DNA of 64,000 bases, from positions 1 through 64,000 of the forward strand of contig MRSU01002291.1 of NCBI GenBank assembly GCA_008369845.1. The letters are read 5' to 3'. The translations under genes were made by a program, and so were the position numbers. The notes under the pieces are model-generated. The model was not told where the DNA came from, did no database searches, and saw nothing but the letters and a program-made list of their open reading frames with translations. Origin of the DNA: Trichomonas gallinae. Taxonomy: Eukaryota. This document shows positions 11,425 to 24,500 of the stretch, piece after piece. The stretch's first letter is position 1; each line of letters starts with the position of its first letter.

Positions 11425-12078
11425 TTATAAGAATGGAGAAAACCTTGTTGGATCTGGTGGAAGATAAGCAGACATTCTTGCTTTTAATCCACGTCCGCGT
11501 TTCCTAGCGCGGACTTGTGGTCCGGAATGCAATTTGGCTTCATCTTCGATTTCTGATGACCATGATTTTGTTGCCTGCTGGCGTTTCGAATTCAAGCACT
11601 GTTTCTGTAGTTGATGCAACTCTTCCGTCGAAGCTGTGACCCTTCTGTTAATCTTATCGTGTTCCCTAAGAAGTTCCAGCATTTCTTTCTTTAGTTTCTC
11701 GATGTATCTTGGAATATATTTTTGACCTTTTTCTTGATTTACGAGTTTTTGAAGAATGTTATCTTGTCTAATTTTCTTGAGGTGTTTAATCCTAGCATCC
11801 GCAGCATCCTTCTGCTGGGACAATCGATTTAATTTCTGTTGAAGTGCTGGGTATTCGACCTGTTTGATCCGCTGAATTTTCTCGTTAAGTGACTCTCTTT
11901 CGACGCGTATGTGCTCTAGTGATGTTTTGTAGAATTTTACCGTAGCTTCTGTTCTCGAAGGTGATGATTCATGGCCTTCGATCTGCGCAATCTCTGCCAA
12001 AAGCATCTCCCTTATTTCCTCTTGACTCCTGATAGCAAGATTTAGTGTATCGTTCAAAGCTTTAGCTTCATCATTCAT
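11425..12078 (-). CDS. Coiled-coil hypothetical protein with basic C-terminus
   Basis: 217-aa ATG ORF with heptad character. Confidence 0.7.
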   Translation of the reverse strand: MNDEAKALNDTLNLAIRSQEEIREMLLAEIAQIEGHESSPSRTEATVKFYKTSLEHIRVERESLNEKIQRIKQVEYPALQQKLNRLSQQKDAADARIKHLKKIRQDNILQKLVNQEKGQKYIPRYIEKLKKEMLELLREHDKINRRVTASTEELHQLQKQCLNSKRQQATKSWSSEIEDEAKLHSGPQVRARKRGRGLKARMSAYLPPDPTRFSPFL

Positions 12079-13680
12079 TTTTCTTTTCTATTGATTTTTT
12101 TTTTCAACGCATAAAGAAAATTTTTCTTTTTAACTCCTTGTTGTTATTCCGAAATTTATGGTTTAAAAAAAATTTTCATTTCAATAGAAAACGATTATAT
12201 TTTACAAATGGTAGTTGTTCAAATAAATTTACAGGTTTTTAATGGAAAAATCATACATATATGTCATATTATTTTAGATTTTAATATAAAATTTGGAGCA
12301 GACACATTATTTGAAAACTTCGCCGGATAACCTTATTTGTTATAAAATTTTTATAAATAATTCATAAAATTCCTTACTAGATATGACATTAATTTAAATT
12401 CAAGTAAGCCAAAAGATTTTACCAATGATAAAGATATTATATTTTATAGGAAAAAGTCTCAAGCATCATTTTGATCAAATTGAAGATTATTTTCAATTTT
12501 TATCATAAATAGGACATAAAAATCATTCCAATGATATATTAAATGATAGACAATGAAACCGATGAAGTCTATGAGTGATATGATATAAGCCGATTTTTGA
12601 AAAATAGGGACATTTTGATATTTGTCACTTTTAGTGGAAATAATACAAAAAAATTGACATTCTGCATATAACACTTGGTAAATATGTCATATTAGCAACC
12701 TTTAGCAATATGTCAGATTTCCATCAAATTTGAGACATTTCTCTAACTTTTTGCATTTTTGACACTTTACAAATCGCCTTATTGTTAGTTTTTCTAGAAA
12801 TCGGCAGGTACGATATGGTCCTCACAGACTATATTTGCTTCAGTGCGTATCTAGATCTGATGGGTTAGAGTTGTTACAAACATCACAAAAAAGTTGAGTT
12901 TGGATTTGCCATGATGAAAAAAAAAAATGTCGAACATCTTCTCATCAATCTTTTTTATCCAGAAAAGATCAAAACTAGATAAATCAGGAGAATATATACC
13001 TCACATGCAAATATTATAAACAGTCTGCCAAATACACGAATTTCTTCAAAGTGAATAGATTGTTCAAAATAAATCAATTAATAAAAAGATCTTATATCCA
13101 AAATTATCATTCTAATGTCATTTTTTATATAACAAATTCCGTCATTATAAAGACATATTCAAGGATTGTAGACAAATAACTAAAAGACTGAGAGAGTATT
13201 TTTCAGGTTCTTGAATTTCTCTTCTAGTCAAGATATATTTGTATTTTGAAAACGTAGTCAAATCAGTTTTTACTCCAATGCATGCGTTTAAACTTCTCTT
13301 ATAATAAAGAATTCCTTTGCATATTATATTCATATGAAAAACAACAGCTATTTTACAATACATTCTTTCAGACTTCAAGAATAATTACGCATAATTCTTT
13401 AATGAAAGGGAAATCTGGTATTCAACTTACTGGTAGGTTTACAAAGGTCTCAATATTGAGAGAAAGTGGACTTTACTTTTTGCGGCAACTATAAAATCTA
13501 TAATTTGCTGTCAAACTTTGACAACTTGGATTAAATACTAGTTCAGATTTAAAAAAATAAAGTTGGAAAACAAGTTAATCCATTCTTGAACGAGTAGTCA
13601 AATTTCCTATTAATGATTTGTATAATATATTTATTGATTCAATGTAATATAAAATATTTATAAACAAAAAACAATAAAAT

Positions 13681-15258
13681 TTAAATATCGTTTGCTGCAT
13701 CTCTTACGTCTTCATCTGCATCGTTTTTCAGAGCCTTCCTTATCTGATATGGTGCATATTTAGCTATGATGAGCCTCACGTTTGCCACTGGATCTTTTGC
13801 GAGTTCTTCTATCGTTTGACTACATTTGTCAATCAGTCCAGCAACAATTATCGTGTGTGCGACAGTCTGTCTAACCTGATAATCAGGATGTTTGGCGAGT
13901 TTAGGTATTTGTGTCAGTAAAACATCAAAAAGTTTGTCATCGATCATTTTGACAATTATATTTGATGACTGAACTGCTGCATTTCTTACAGCAGCAGACT
14001 CATCGCATAACAGCATGAAGAAGACAGGGAGTAGTCTCTGTGGGATGTCTTCATCAATCAAGTTAGGCAGTAGTTCGGCCACAGAAACTTTTTCTCTCCA
14101 TCCGAGAGAAACAAATCCATCAACGATTGTATTCAAGATTTGGTCAGCTGGGATTCCTGAATTCTGCAATGATTTGATTGCAACAAGCTTAACTAGCTGA
14201 TCATTGTCATCAAATATCGATAAAATCAACTTTGAAACAAATTCGATTCCTAATTTCTCTGATTGTGCGCATAATGATCGAATTGTTGCTTCCCTTACGA
14301 TTGATTCTTGGTTTCTAATGAATTTTTCGAACTTTTCTTTAAATAAATCCATGTTTTCGATCTGATTAAAATATTGAAGTTCTTTCACAGCCGACTCTAT
14401 GATATCTGGGTCTGATTCCAGCTCCACCTCCCTGTAAATGCACTCTACAGCTGATGAAAACGTCTTGGTAAGCTTGGATATGTTTGAAACATAGATTTTT
14501 CGAATTGCTGGATTTTCGTTGTGCAATAATCCATCACCGATTGAAATAACAGTCTCGCTGTCATTCGATGATTCTACGTAGGATATGAGGAATTCAACGA
14601 TGGCTTTTGCAATGATGTATGAAGAGTTTTCGTCGGCTTTTCTTTCGATTAAAGAAAATATTTTCTCCATTGTAGGTTTTTCTATATAATTTATTGTATT
14701 TGACAGCATCTCTATGAAATTTCTTTGTATATTTATTGAGTCTGCGGTGATTAAGACAAGTTTTGATTCGAGAATAGAATTAAATTCTTTTTTATCAATA
14801 TAACTGGCAATAACAGAAAGAAATGTAATTCCATAGCCTTGTTCTGGTATCCATGTGGATTCAATTTGATCCCAAATAAATGGAAGAATTATATTATGTG
14901 TTTTGTCTGATGAAATTGTACTCACTACATCTGATAGAAGTTCTACAAGTTTGCCTTTTATTAATTTCGACTCTGAAATGCAAATTGACTTAAATGTTGA
15001 AATAAAATCGATAATTTCTTGGTCTGATAGTCTTGAAAAGTTTATTTTCTTTATCGCTGTAAGTATTTTACACCAATTATTCTCTGTTAAACTGGGTGTG
15101 TTGCATAAAAACGGAATTAATTCATTAAATATTCTCTTAATTCCTAAAGATCTGAAAATCATCATTATATTTGCGATGGAGTTGTTGATGTCAGCTCTGC
15201 TGCTGCTAGAAAAACCTTGGATCAGGGAATAAACATATTTTGTTTCATCACAACTCAT
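13681..15258 (-). CDS. HEAT repeat protein, PP2A scaffold (A) subunit-like
   Basis: LGIKRIFNELIPFL, LLCDESAAVRNAA, LAKDPVANVRL and LKNDADEDVRDAA match PP2A-A HEAT repeats. Confidence 0.8.
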   Translation of the reverse strand: MSCDETKYVYSLIQGFSSSSRADINNSIANIMMIFRSLGIKRIFNELIPFLCNTPSLTENNWCKILTAIKKINFSRLSDQEIIDFISTFKSICISESKLIKGKLVELLSDVVSTISSDKTHNIILPFIWDQIESTWIPEQGYGITFLSVIASYIDKKEFNSILESKLVLITADSINIQRNFIEMLSNTINYIEKPTMEKIFSLIERKADENSSYIIAKAIVEFLISYVESSNDSETVISIGDGLLHNENPAIRKIYVSNISKLTKTFSSAVECIYREVELESDPDIIESAVKELQYFNQIENMDLFKEKFEKFIRNQESIVREATIRSLCAQSEKLGIEFVSKLILSIFDDNDQLVKLVAIKSLQNSGIPADQILNTIVDGFVSLGWREKVSVAELLPNLIDEDIPQRLLPVFFMLLCDESAAVRNAAVQSSNIIVKMIDDKLFDVLLTQIPKLAKHPDYQVRQTVAHTIIVAGLIDKCSQTIEELAKDPVANVRLIIAKYAPYQIRKALKNDADEDVRDAANDI

Positions 15259-15517
15259 TTTATTTTAAACGGCAATTTTCTTATTTTTTTTATTAGTGTA
15301 GTAATAAAGATTATCAATATAGTTTCACTTTTCCAAATACATCTTTGGTAAAATTCTTTAATTTTACTGCACAATTTTAAAAAATGATGGTCTTCTTTAA
15401 TTTATTGTATTTAATTTTTAATACAATAGTTATTTCGGCCACAATAATAACCGATTTTAAAATATCAAGTTAGAAATAATTTTAAAAAATATTAAAATCG
15501 TTTATTCAGATCAAAAT

Positions 15518-18500
15518 TTATCTTCTTCCGCGTCTACGGTGGTCTTCATTGGCAAACTGTTCGAATGTTTGCTGAGGTGTTGGTTGCTGTTGTTGTTGTG
15601 GCATTTGATTATAGCCTTGTTGCTGGTACATTTGCTGCTGATAATACATCTGTTGTCCGTATCCCATATATTGTTGCTGCATGTTTTGCTGTTGTTGTTG
15701 CATATTCTGGAACTGCTGCTGTGGCTGTTGCTGCATGTTTTGGTATTGTTGTTGCTGGATATTTTGTTGTGGCTGTTGTTGCATGTTCTGTACGAACTGC
15801 ATGCTTTGCTGTGGGAAGCCCATGTACATACCGTAAGGGTTGTATCCAAATCCAGGATACATTCCATACATACCCGGCTGCATGTATCCATATCCTGCCA
15901 TTCCATACTGCTGGGCGAGCATTGCCTGCTGCATTTGCATCTGCATTTGTTGCATCTGCTGCATTTGTTGTAGATCCATCTGCTGCATTTGTGGATTGAA
16001 CTGTTGAGATTGTTGCGGCTGGAATTGTTGTTGTGGTGTCTGGACCTGGGTTTGCTGTGGTGTGAAGACTTGCGGCTGTGGTTGAACCTGAGGTGGCTGA
16101 GGTTCTTGTCCACCGAATTCAGGTGGTGCCGCAACGAATTCCTGCTGAGGCTGCTGGGTCTTCTTCGGCCTGAAAGCTGGTTCCTCAATTACAGGCTTCT
16201 CTTCAACAATCGGTTCCTCCTCGACAACAGGCTCTGGCTCCGGAATCTCTTCGACAGGAGCTGGCCTCTCTTCAACGACTGGAGCTGGTTCTGGCTTTGG
16301 TTCTTGCTTATGCTCGATTTCCTGGATATATGGGCTCTTTCGCTTCTTGAGTGCCTTTGCTTGGAATGGAACTGGTTCATCTGTATCGAAGATTCCATTT
16401 GATTTGCTTGTTGGAATCTGAACTGGAGTTGACTCGGCTTTTGGTGGAGGTGGATGATACTTTGGAGCTGGCTTATCGTTCTTTGTGACTGAAGTAGATG
16501 TTGTCCTACGAACGAAAGCCTGGCTCATTGTTGTCTTCTGTGCGCGATTCTCAGCTATTCCTTGCTGAACAATTGGGCCCATGCCTTGTGGTGTGACATC
16601 TTCTTTGACTCTGCCGACTCCGAATGAAGCGACAGCAGTATCAATGACATTCTCAATCATGCTGGAAAGGGCCTGCTTGATCTCTGTTGTTTCATCGCCG
16701 AATTTCTGCTCTTCATTCTTGAATGATGGGCCGCCAGCTTCTAAATAAACTTTCTTGAAGCCTTCCATGCCTTTGAGGGCCTTTCTATCAGCAGAAATAA
16801 AGCAGACATCAATCTGCCTTTGTGCGATTTCCTGGATAAGTCTTCTTGTCTTCGGGCCTTCGCGTTCGTTGAGAATTATATCATCACTCTCTGGCTTCCA
16901 CTGATTGTTGAATTCAGCGCCGTGGCCACCATTATCTGTGATCATAATCATGATCTTCTTGGAGTTGGACTTCCAGCTGAGATCGAGCATCTCTGTGAAT
17001 GCCTGGACCCAATCTTCTGGACCATCGCCAGCACCACCCATACTCTGAACGTCGTTGAACTTGACTGGATCAACACCGGACTGGTGCTCGCCTGCCTTCG
17101 GCTCCTTGAAGTCGAAGACTGTTGAAACGTTTGTATCCAAAATTCTTCTGCTCTCACCGCGAGAAACTTTCTGTTGTGCCTTCGCTTCATCTCTGAAGAA
17201 GACTGCTGCGTATCTGACATAAAGGTTGAAGTATTTGCGCTTTGTGTATTCCATCAATTTCTTGAGGATCTGCTTTGAGCCGTAAATCATTGACTTGTCG
17301 CTGACTTCATATCTTTGCTCGTTGTTGTTTGCTTCCTTGATCATTGATCCTGTGCCATCGACGACAAGGGCAATATCTATGTGTTGGCCATCAACATATT
17401 CTTCGAACTTGACTTCATTGACTGGTGCAATTGGTATAACGAAGTCGAACTTGTTCGCACGCCATTCCATGGCCTTCTGGTTGCTTCTCAGCAAGATTTC
17501 TCTCTTTTCGACAGAGAGGAGCCAGACTGCGATGTTGCGGACAAGTCTTCTTGTGCCTGCTGTGTGAAGTTCGTTGAAGAATTTCGTGAATGAGCCATCA
17601 ATGATGATATCACCAGCAATTGATTCTTCAGGAGCCATGTAGTAAAGATTGGCGTAGTTGCCGTTCTTCGATATCATGAATGGCCTGAATGGCGCAATAT
17701 TCGCTGTCTTTGGAACACATGAAATTGTTGTGCCTTCGTACAAACCTTTAACATTGTAGCCGTACAATGGTCGGACTGCTCCCAATACATCGATATTCTC
17801 GCGCTGGTCGAAAAGTGCTGGATTTCCAGAATTAATATCGCCGAACAGTAACATGTTGCCACCTGGTTCATCGAGTGAGAATTTGAACTCTGGGTTGATG
17901 CCGTCGAGTTCAACTCTCTCCAAGAACTTGTTCAACTCGTAAGTGAGCGGATTGTTATCACCCGAGAACAAAAGTGAACCACCTTGCTTGTTGAACTCAA
18001 TGAGGCACTCTATGAATGAATCGATCATCCATGATGTGCCGTTCTTGTTGAGTTCGTCTGGCTTCCTGTTCTCGCCACGTCCGCATATGATCCATGCCTG
18101 TGAGTATTCGCCTGATCTCAAGCACTCGATTGAGTCCTTGTAATTCTGGACGATGTTGCATGTCATGCCGAGTTCCTGCAAGGCTCTGATTGGACCTGTT
18201 TCTGATAATAATGTGCTCTTGGTGATGAACTTGTTCTCACCTTTCGTGTTCAAAGGAAGCATGCATGAATCCCAGAACTGGCAGATCAAAATTGCCTGCT
18301 TCCAGTTCTGTCCGCGACCGAGATCAAGGTTTGAATCATTGTCGTTGAAAGCGAGCTGGTTAGCTGTTGTGAATTCAAGCTTCTGGGCAACACCTGGGAC
18401 CTGGATTGATGGACCTTGTTGAGTTGTTGTTCCTTGTCCATCTGGTCCACCTCCTCCTGGTGCGAAGCTAACGAACTGGCCGGTAACTGTGCCTGATCTT

Positions 18501-21500
18501 GCTGCAGCTGAGACTGGGTTGTAGATGGCTCCGTATGTCTCCTTTGCTCTCTTGATACCATTCAAGAATTTGACTAAATCTGCGAAAACAGGCTTGAAAT
18601 TGATATCTTCGACCAGCTTGACGACTTCCTTGATTTCTTCTGTGGTCTTCTTTGGAACATCCTGGCTGACAATCTCTGTCTTGCTGATGAATGTGCCTCT
18701 CAATGTCTTGGAGAGAGCAATTGGAGCAACGACTGGATTTGGCGCCCAGATTGCATATCTGTAGACTTTGCTGATCAACTTTGGATAGAAGCCGATGCCG
18801 ACGCCGATAATTTGTGTGCTCCTGTTCTCGAGATATGACGTCATTGTTCCGATATCAGATGCATCAACGTGTCCAACCATGCCATCTGTGAAGCAGAGGC
18901 AGAGAGCAGCCTTTGTTGTCTGCTTCGAGCGGATCTGGTAGACGGCAGCAAGAGCTGCAGCCATGTCAGACTTGATAGATGGATTTGCGCATGTCGAGTA
19001 AATGGCGGAGTAAACATCAGAGCTTGGTGAAAGAGCATCAGAGACAGAAGCTTCATGGCAGTATTCGATGAGTTTGTCCTTTGTAGCAGCGATGATTGTA
19101 ACTGATTCGAAGTCAACACTTCTGATAGAATACAATGTTGTGAGGACTGTCTGCATTGAGTGGTTGAATGAAACCTTTCCGAAGCAGCTTTCGCTGGCAT
19201 CAATGACGATGAACAATGAATAGGAAGGAACATGTCCTGTATTCTTCTCAAGGTAAATGCGCTGATCTTGTCCTTGTGTGATGTAGAACTGGATGAAGCC
19301 TTTGAGTGAGATGTTACTGCCTTTGACGCTTGGCGAGAACTGGGATGGTTTGTTTGGCTCGAAAACTGATGGCATCCTTGTCCTAATCGAATCAATGTCC
19401 TTGAAGAGCTGGATATCGTGGAATGAAACTCCATTGTCAACGCGTGTGATGAAGCTGTCGTCGTCTTTGATTGTGATACTTGTCTGAGCGTATTGGTTGA
19501 AGTAGATGTCTTCTGTGTACGAAGAAACATAATCCTTGATTGAATCGTTGACTGGAGAAAGCTCTCTGAGTTCAACTCCTTCGACTGTTTCGTATCTTTC
19601 AACAGTCGCCTTATGAAGTTTCTGTATTACATCTTCGTATTTGTTCAAACCATCAATGAATGCCTTGCAGACTTTGTCTTCCTTGTCGTTGAATGCAAGG
19701 TTAGGATCTATGATGATGAGCTCGTTGATTGAAGATGGAGCATCAGACAAACTTTCCTGGAACTTTGTCAAATATGACTGGACAATGCCGAATTCCTTCT
19801 GTGGGAGCATCGAAAGGAGGATGAGTGAGAATGTGAGTTCTGACTTGTTCAACAACATCTGCCAATCTTCTGTTGCATGAAGCTTCGTGAACAAACCATC
19901 GGAGAACGTATAGACGGCTCTTCTGTTGCATCCGGCCGCTGGGTTGAGTGATTTAGCAATCTTGAATGCATCGGCGAGGTCAGAGAGTTTTCTGAAGACT
20001 GAGTATGCATCGAGAGCAGCCTGGAAGTGATAAGGAGCAAGATCCTCGTTGAAATCTTTGAGCACGAAGTGGTATTCGTGATCGCAGAAGATCATAATAG
20101 AAACTGGAACATGAAGATTGTTGAGCGCGATGGCGAATGCAGCGAAGAGAACGAACAAAGCCGCACGCTGATTCGGCTGGACGATTGTGAAGCTTGTATC
20201 GAGCATCAAAACAGCATCTGTCATAGAGAACTTGTCTAAGTCGTCGAAATTGTCAATTGTGTATTTAACGATCTGTGATGCAAGCATGTTCGCGCTTTCG
20301 ATCAATGGTTGTACGGAGAGCTCAGAGTTTCTGAGATTCATAGGAACTGGCTTCAAGAAATCACCGACTTTACCTTTCGTGAATTTGAGTCTTTCGAGGA
20401 GATCTGGGTTTTCCATCTGCTTGATGATCCACTTCTGAATCTCATCGACTGTTGTTTCACCGCTGATGAGTTGGCCAGGTCCTGTCTGCTTTGTGATGAT
20501 TGCCTTGCCTTTGTTGCCTTTCTCGACAAATGGATTGTTTGCTTTGGGCTTTGGCACGTCGATGCTCTTAGGTACATTGGTACTAACCTTGATGTCAACC
20601 TGTTTCTTGACTTGTGCTCTCTTCCATGGCATCTGCTGGATCTTTGGCCTGTCATAGCCTGGCATGTTGATGAGCTTCTTTGATCGAGAATTAGGGACAA
20701 GCGAATTGATTCCGTTGAGTCCCGCGCTAGCCAATGATTTGCAAAGCGTTTCGAATGATGCCGCGAACAACTCGGCATGTGACTTGTATGGAGTGTAACG
20801 CAAGTTTTCTTGTGATGTTGCCCACTTGTAGAAGCCGTAAAGGACATCGAGAAGATTGCTGGCACGTTCTGGAAGAGAAGCAGAATTGTGGGACTGGAAC
20901 CAATTGAGAGCCATGAGTGGATATTGCTTGCAGAGATCGATAGAAGTTTCGAATGTCTTGATAACTGATGCAGGATCCTTCTTGTTCTGGAAAGATGGAT
21001 AATCGAAGGTGCTGAAATCAAGATCGATATCTACTGGGCTGTAATCAGCTTCAAGTTTATCAACTTGTTTCATCAAATCTTCAATCTGGTGATCCATTTC
21101 TTCCTGTTTCAATCCATTGATATCTCTTTCAGTGAGCATGAGAACATCAAATTCCTCTGTAGTTGAGCTTGTGTTAGAGTTGATTTCGAGGGAATAATGC
21201 TTCATAATATTCCTGTAAACAGATTGTATTTCTTGTTGAATATCTTGGATGTTATTCAAATCGTATTGCTTGAGGTATTTGGTGCGAATGTCTTTGATCA
21301 TTGTATATGCATCTTTATAAAGTATCGGCGTCTTGATGTGATAGAAGTTATTCTTAATAGTCTCCAATCTTTCTTGGATGATTCTGGAAATGAAGTTCAT
21401 GAGCTGATCATTGTTGACTTTGTTATCCTTGTAGATGGTGATCTCTGTAAGATACTTTGGCGGGGCTTTGATGAATGTCAAGAATTTCTGTATGAACATC

Positions 21501-24500
21501 AAGAAGCTCTTCTTAGCTTTTTCAAGTGTGGTACAGACCTTATTGAGAGCTTCTCTCATAGCCTTTGCTTCTCCAAACCATGGGAACCATGCGTTTTGCC
21601 ACTGTGTCTTGAGGTCCTTATCGAAATTAACTGGACCAAGTCTAGCGAAATAAATCTGGTAATTGGTATTATCCTTAACATTGTTGTAGTCATAGACATC
21701 GTATGTTCCTTGAGTTATGTGGAATGCAATGACAGAGAACTGGATTGAGTCTGGGAGTCTCCTCCTCGATGAATAATCGATGATGGTTTCGATGTTTGGC
21801 TCGTATGTTGATGCCCAGCAGTAGCTGTTGATGTTCAGAACTGAATAATGAGCGCGGTCAGAAACATCGATTGGTCTCTGGTAATCGATATACTGGTCTT
21901 TTTCTTCGTCATATACACACATTCTGCATGGGCAGGAATGAGTTGTGAGATCACTATTTGGATATACGACTTTAACTTTCTTATCTTCGATTTTGATTTC
22001 TGGAATCGAGCAGATTGCTCTTGTCTTGAATGTGTATTCTTTCTGGAAAGAGTCGGACTTCACATGCATGACAATTTCAGAGACAGTCTTAAATGGCTCA
22101 GTCGTCAGGACTTTAAATGATCCAATGCGTGTGATTGTTTTCTTCAATGGAGGATTGTTGTTGCTAAGATCGAAAACTATTTCTGAGAATTGAATACTTG
22201 GATTTGAAGATGTGAACGAGATTTCGATGTTGTCATTATCGCTGTTTCTGATAATGCCAAGCACGAAAATGGATTTCGACCAAACGTTCCCAACATAGAT
22301 CTTTCCTGCTTCTGGATCTTGGAACTTCTGGTTGAATCCGTCCCAGAATTTGGCAATAACTGGGCGTTTGAAGACTGGTCTATTGAAGTAAACATTCGCC
22401 TGCATAGAGTTGCAGAAAGCAATGTTGAGCATCATTGAATATTGCTCTTTGAGTTTGAATGTCGATATTGACTTCTTGTACTCCGCTCTTGGAGGCTTCT
22501 CCTGCTTCGTTTCAGCGAGTGGACTGAATGTGAGAGAATGAGGAATAAGTTCTCCATGATCATTGAATGTTTGGATCTGTGTAAAATTATCAGTGAAGAT
22601 TGGACTTGGCTTAATTTCATACTTTTCTCTGCTTGCATTCCAGATGAATTTGTTACCTGGAGAAATAATGTAAACTTTCGGATCCTTGTAAGAGATGTTT
22701 GCCTCGATCGGAATCTCTTCGTCATCCAATTTGAGCGTGCTTGAGATTGTTGAGACATAGTTTTGAACCTGCGAAAGCTTGTTAACTGGAATAGAGATGC
22801 AATATTCACCTGTACGAGATTTATTGAGTGTTGGAATAGAATTTGCATTCTTCGTGCTGTTGATCAAATTAATCTTATGCGCGCTTGATGAGGAGAAAGA
22901 CTGAATAAATATCTCCAGTGGACGAGGCTGCAAGTTTGTGATCTTTGGAATTGTGACTTTAATTTGCTTGAAGTTTGCAGAAATTTTGTTTTCTTCTGCG
23001 AAAATAGCTGGTGAATACAAATCGCCGTTGAGTTTGACATCTGAGATCTTCAAGTTTGTTTTCTCGCTCTTGCTTGGAAGGCTAACACTTGAATAAATTG
23101 GAATGTTCTTGATTCTTGCTTTCAAAGCGTTGAGCTCATCCTCTGCCTGGTGACTGTTGGCAATTGCTGCTTCAAGATTATTCAAAATTCCTGGGAATGT
23201 TTCCAATAACTTCTTTGTATTCACTAAAACGTAGTCTTTATTGAGCGAAACTACCGGATTATCATTAGATAATGTTTTAAGAGAACTTTTAACTTTATCA
23301 AGATCTTTGCTTCTAAGATTGTTTGTGCAATCATCGATGCTGAACATTCCGGAGAATTTGACTTGCAAGTTGTTAACCTCCTCATCTGGTTTCTTCGTGC
23401 TCATGTATTGGTTGAGATTGCTTTGCGCATTGTTGAACTCGTTGATCATTGCTTCAATACGCTTTAGATCAAGACCGTAATATTGATTGTTGCCGTAATT
23501 GAAAATTGCAACTTTCGCTGTCTCGCTAATAAAGACTGAGAAAATCTCGAAAGGCCTGTTTTCAATAGCGTAATCATTTGGATCTTCATTGTCCGGAATC
23601 TTGTACAACTCTGGACTCTTTGGAGCAATTGGAACCGTGAATGATGTTCCATTGCGTTTGTTGCGAACATTAAATGAATTTGTTGCGTCGCCTTGGATCA
23701 ATAAAATGTTGTATTTGACGGCGTTGTCTGTCAAATTAGGCGAACCATACGTGTTAAAAACTTCGTAGAATTTCAATGGATTGAAACCTAAGCGTTTCTT
23801 GTTCGCTGGATTATCGTTGATGCTTGGAATATTATTAAGGAATTCGAGTGTTGTATCAGAGTATTTGCCCCATTGACTGTAAATCTTCTTGTTGAGCTCT
23901 TCGAGTTTTGGATCAGACGGCTTTCCTTTGTTGTGCTCTTTGAGGAATTGAACTTTATCTGTGTAGAGAGCTTGCTGCAACTGGCTGACTGTGTTATTTG
24001 AAATTTCTTCTCTGATCTTCTTAATTTCCGCTTCGTAATGTTTGTTTTGTTGATCTTTGGCGTCCGCTTTCTCCTTCAGTTTTTGCGTGCAGAAATCAAT
24101 GAAAGCTTTAACAGGATGCCAAACAATCCTGTGGACTAATTCCATTGATGGATTCTTTTCTTTGAATGATAGTCCTTCGTTGCTCTTCAGAATTAAATCG
24201 AACATTCCTTTGTCGAAGTTTTGAAGCATTGTAACCAAGAAATCACTGAAGAACTCTTTGAGGAGATCAGTGTAGCTATCGTCTGTTCTGCAAACAGCGA
24301 CCTGGATGATGCAGTCTAATAAGAATGGGCCATCAATGAGTTTAGCTGTTGGAGAAAGTAGATTGAACAAGAAATCGGATAATTCTTCCTTAGCGAATAA
24401 TGTCTGGCTCAGTGCGGACTTGATGATGTCAGAGCAAAATTCATTCTGTGGGAGAGAAATCTGGAGAAGGTTCTTGTTCGAATAAAGCCTGAGCAAAATC

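Noticed and set aside
12459..13494. Short ORFs and a Cys-containing broken frame (CDVC...CQKC, minus strand ~12890-12640)
   Set aside because: Interrupted by stops, with no recognisable family; possibly a decayed gene but not supportable without a search.
15511..16402. Overlapping alternative-frame and antisense ORFs (225, 144, 144 and 137 aa)
   Set aside because: They are shadows of the CAG/CAA-rich tail of the giant ORF and have low-complexity translations.
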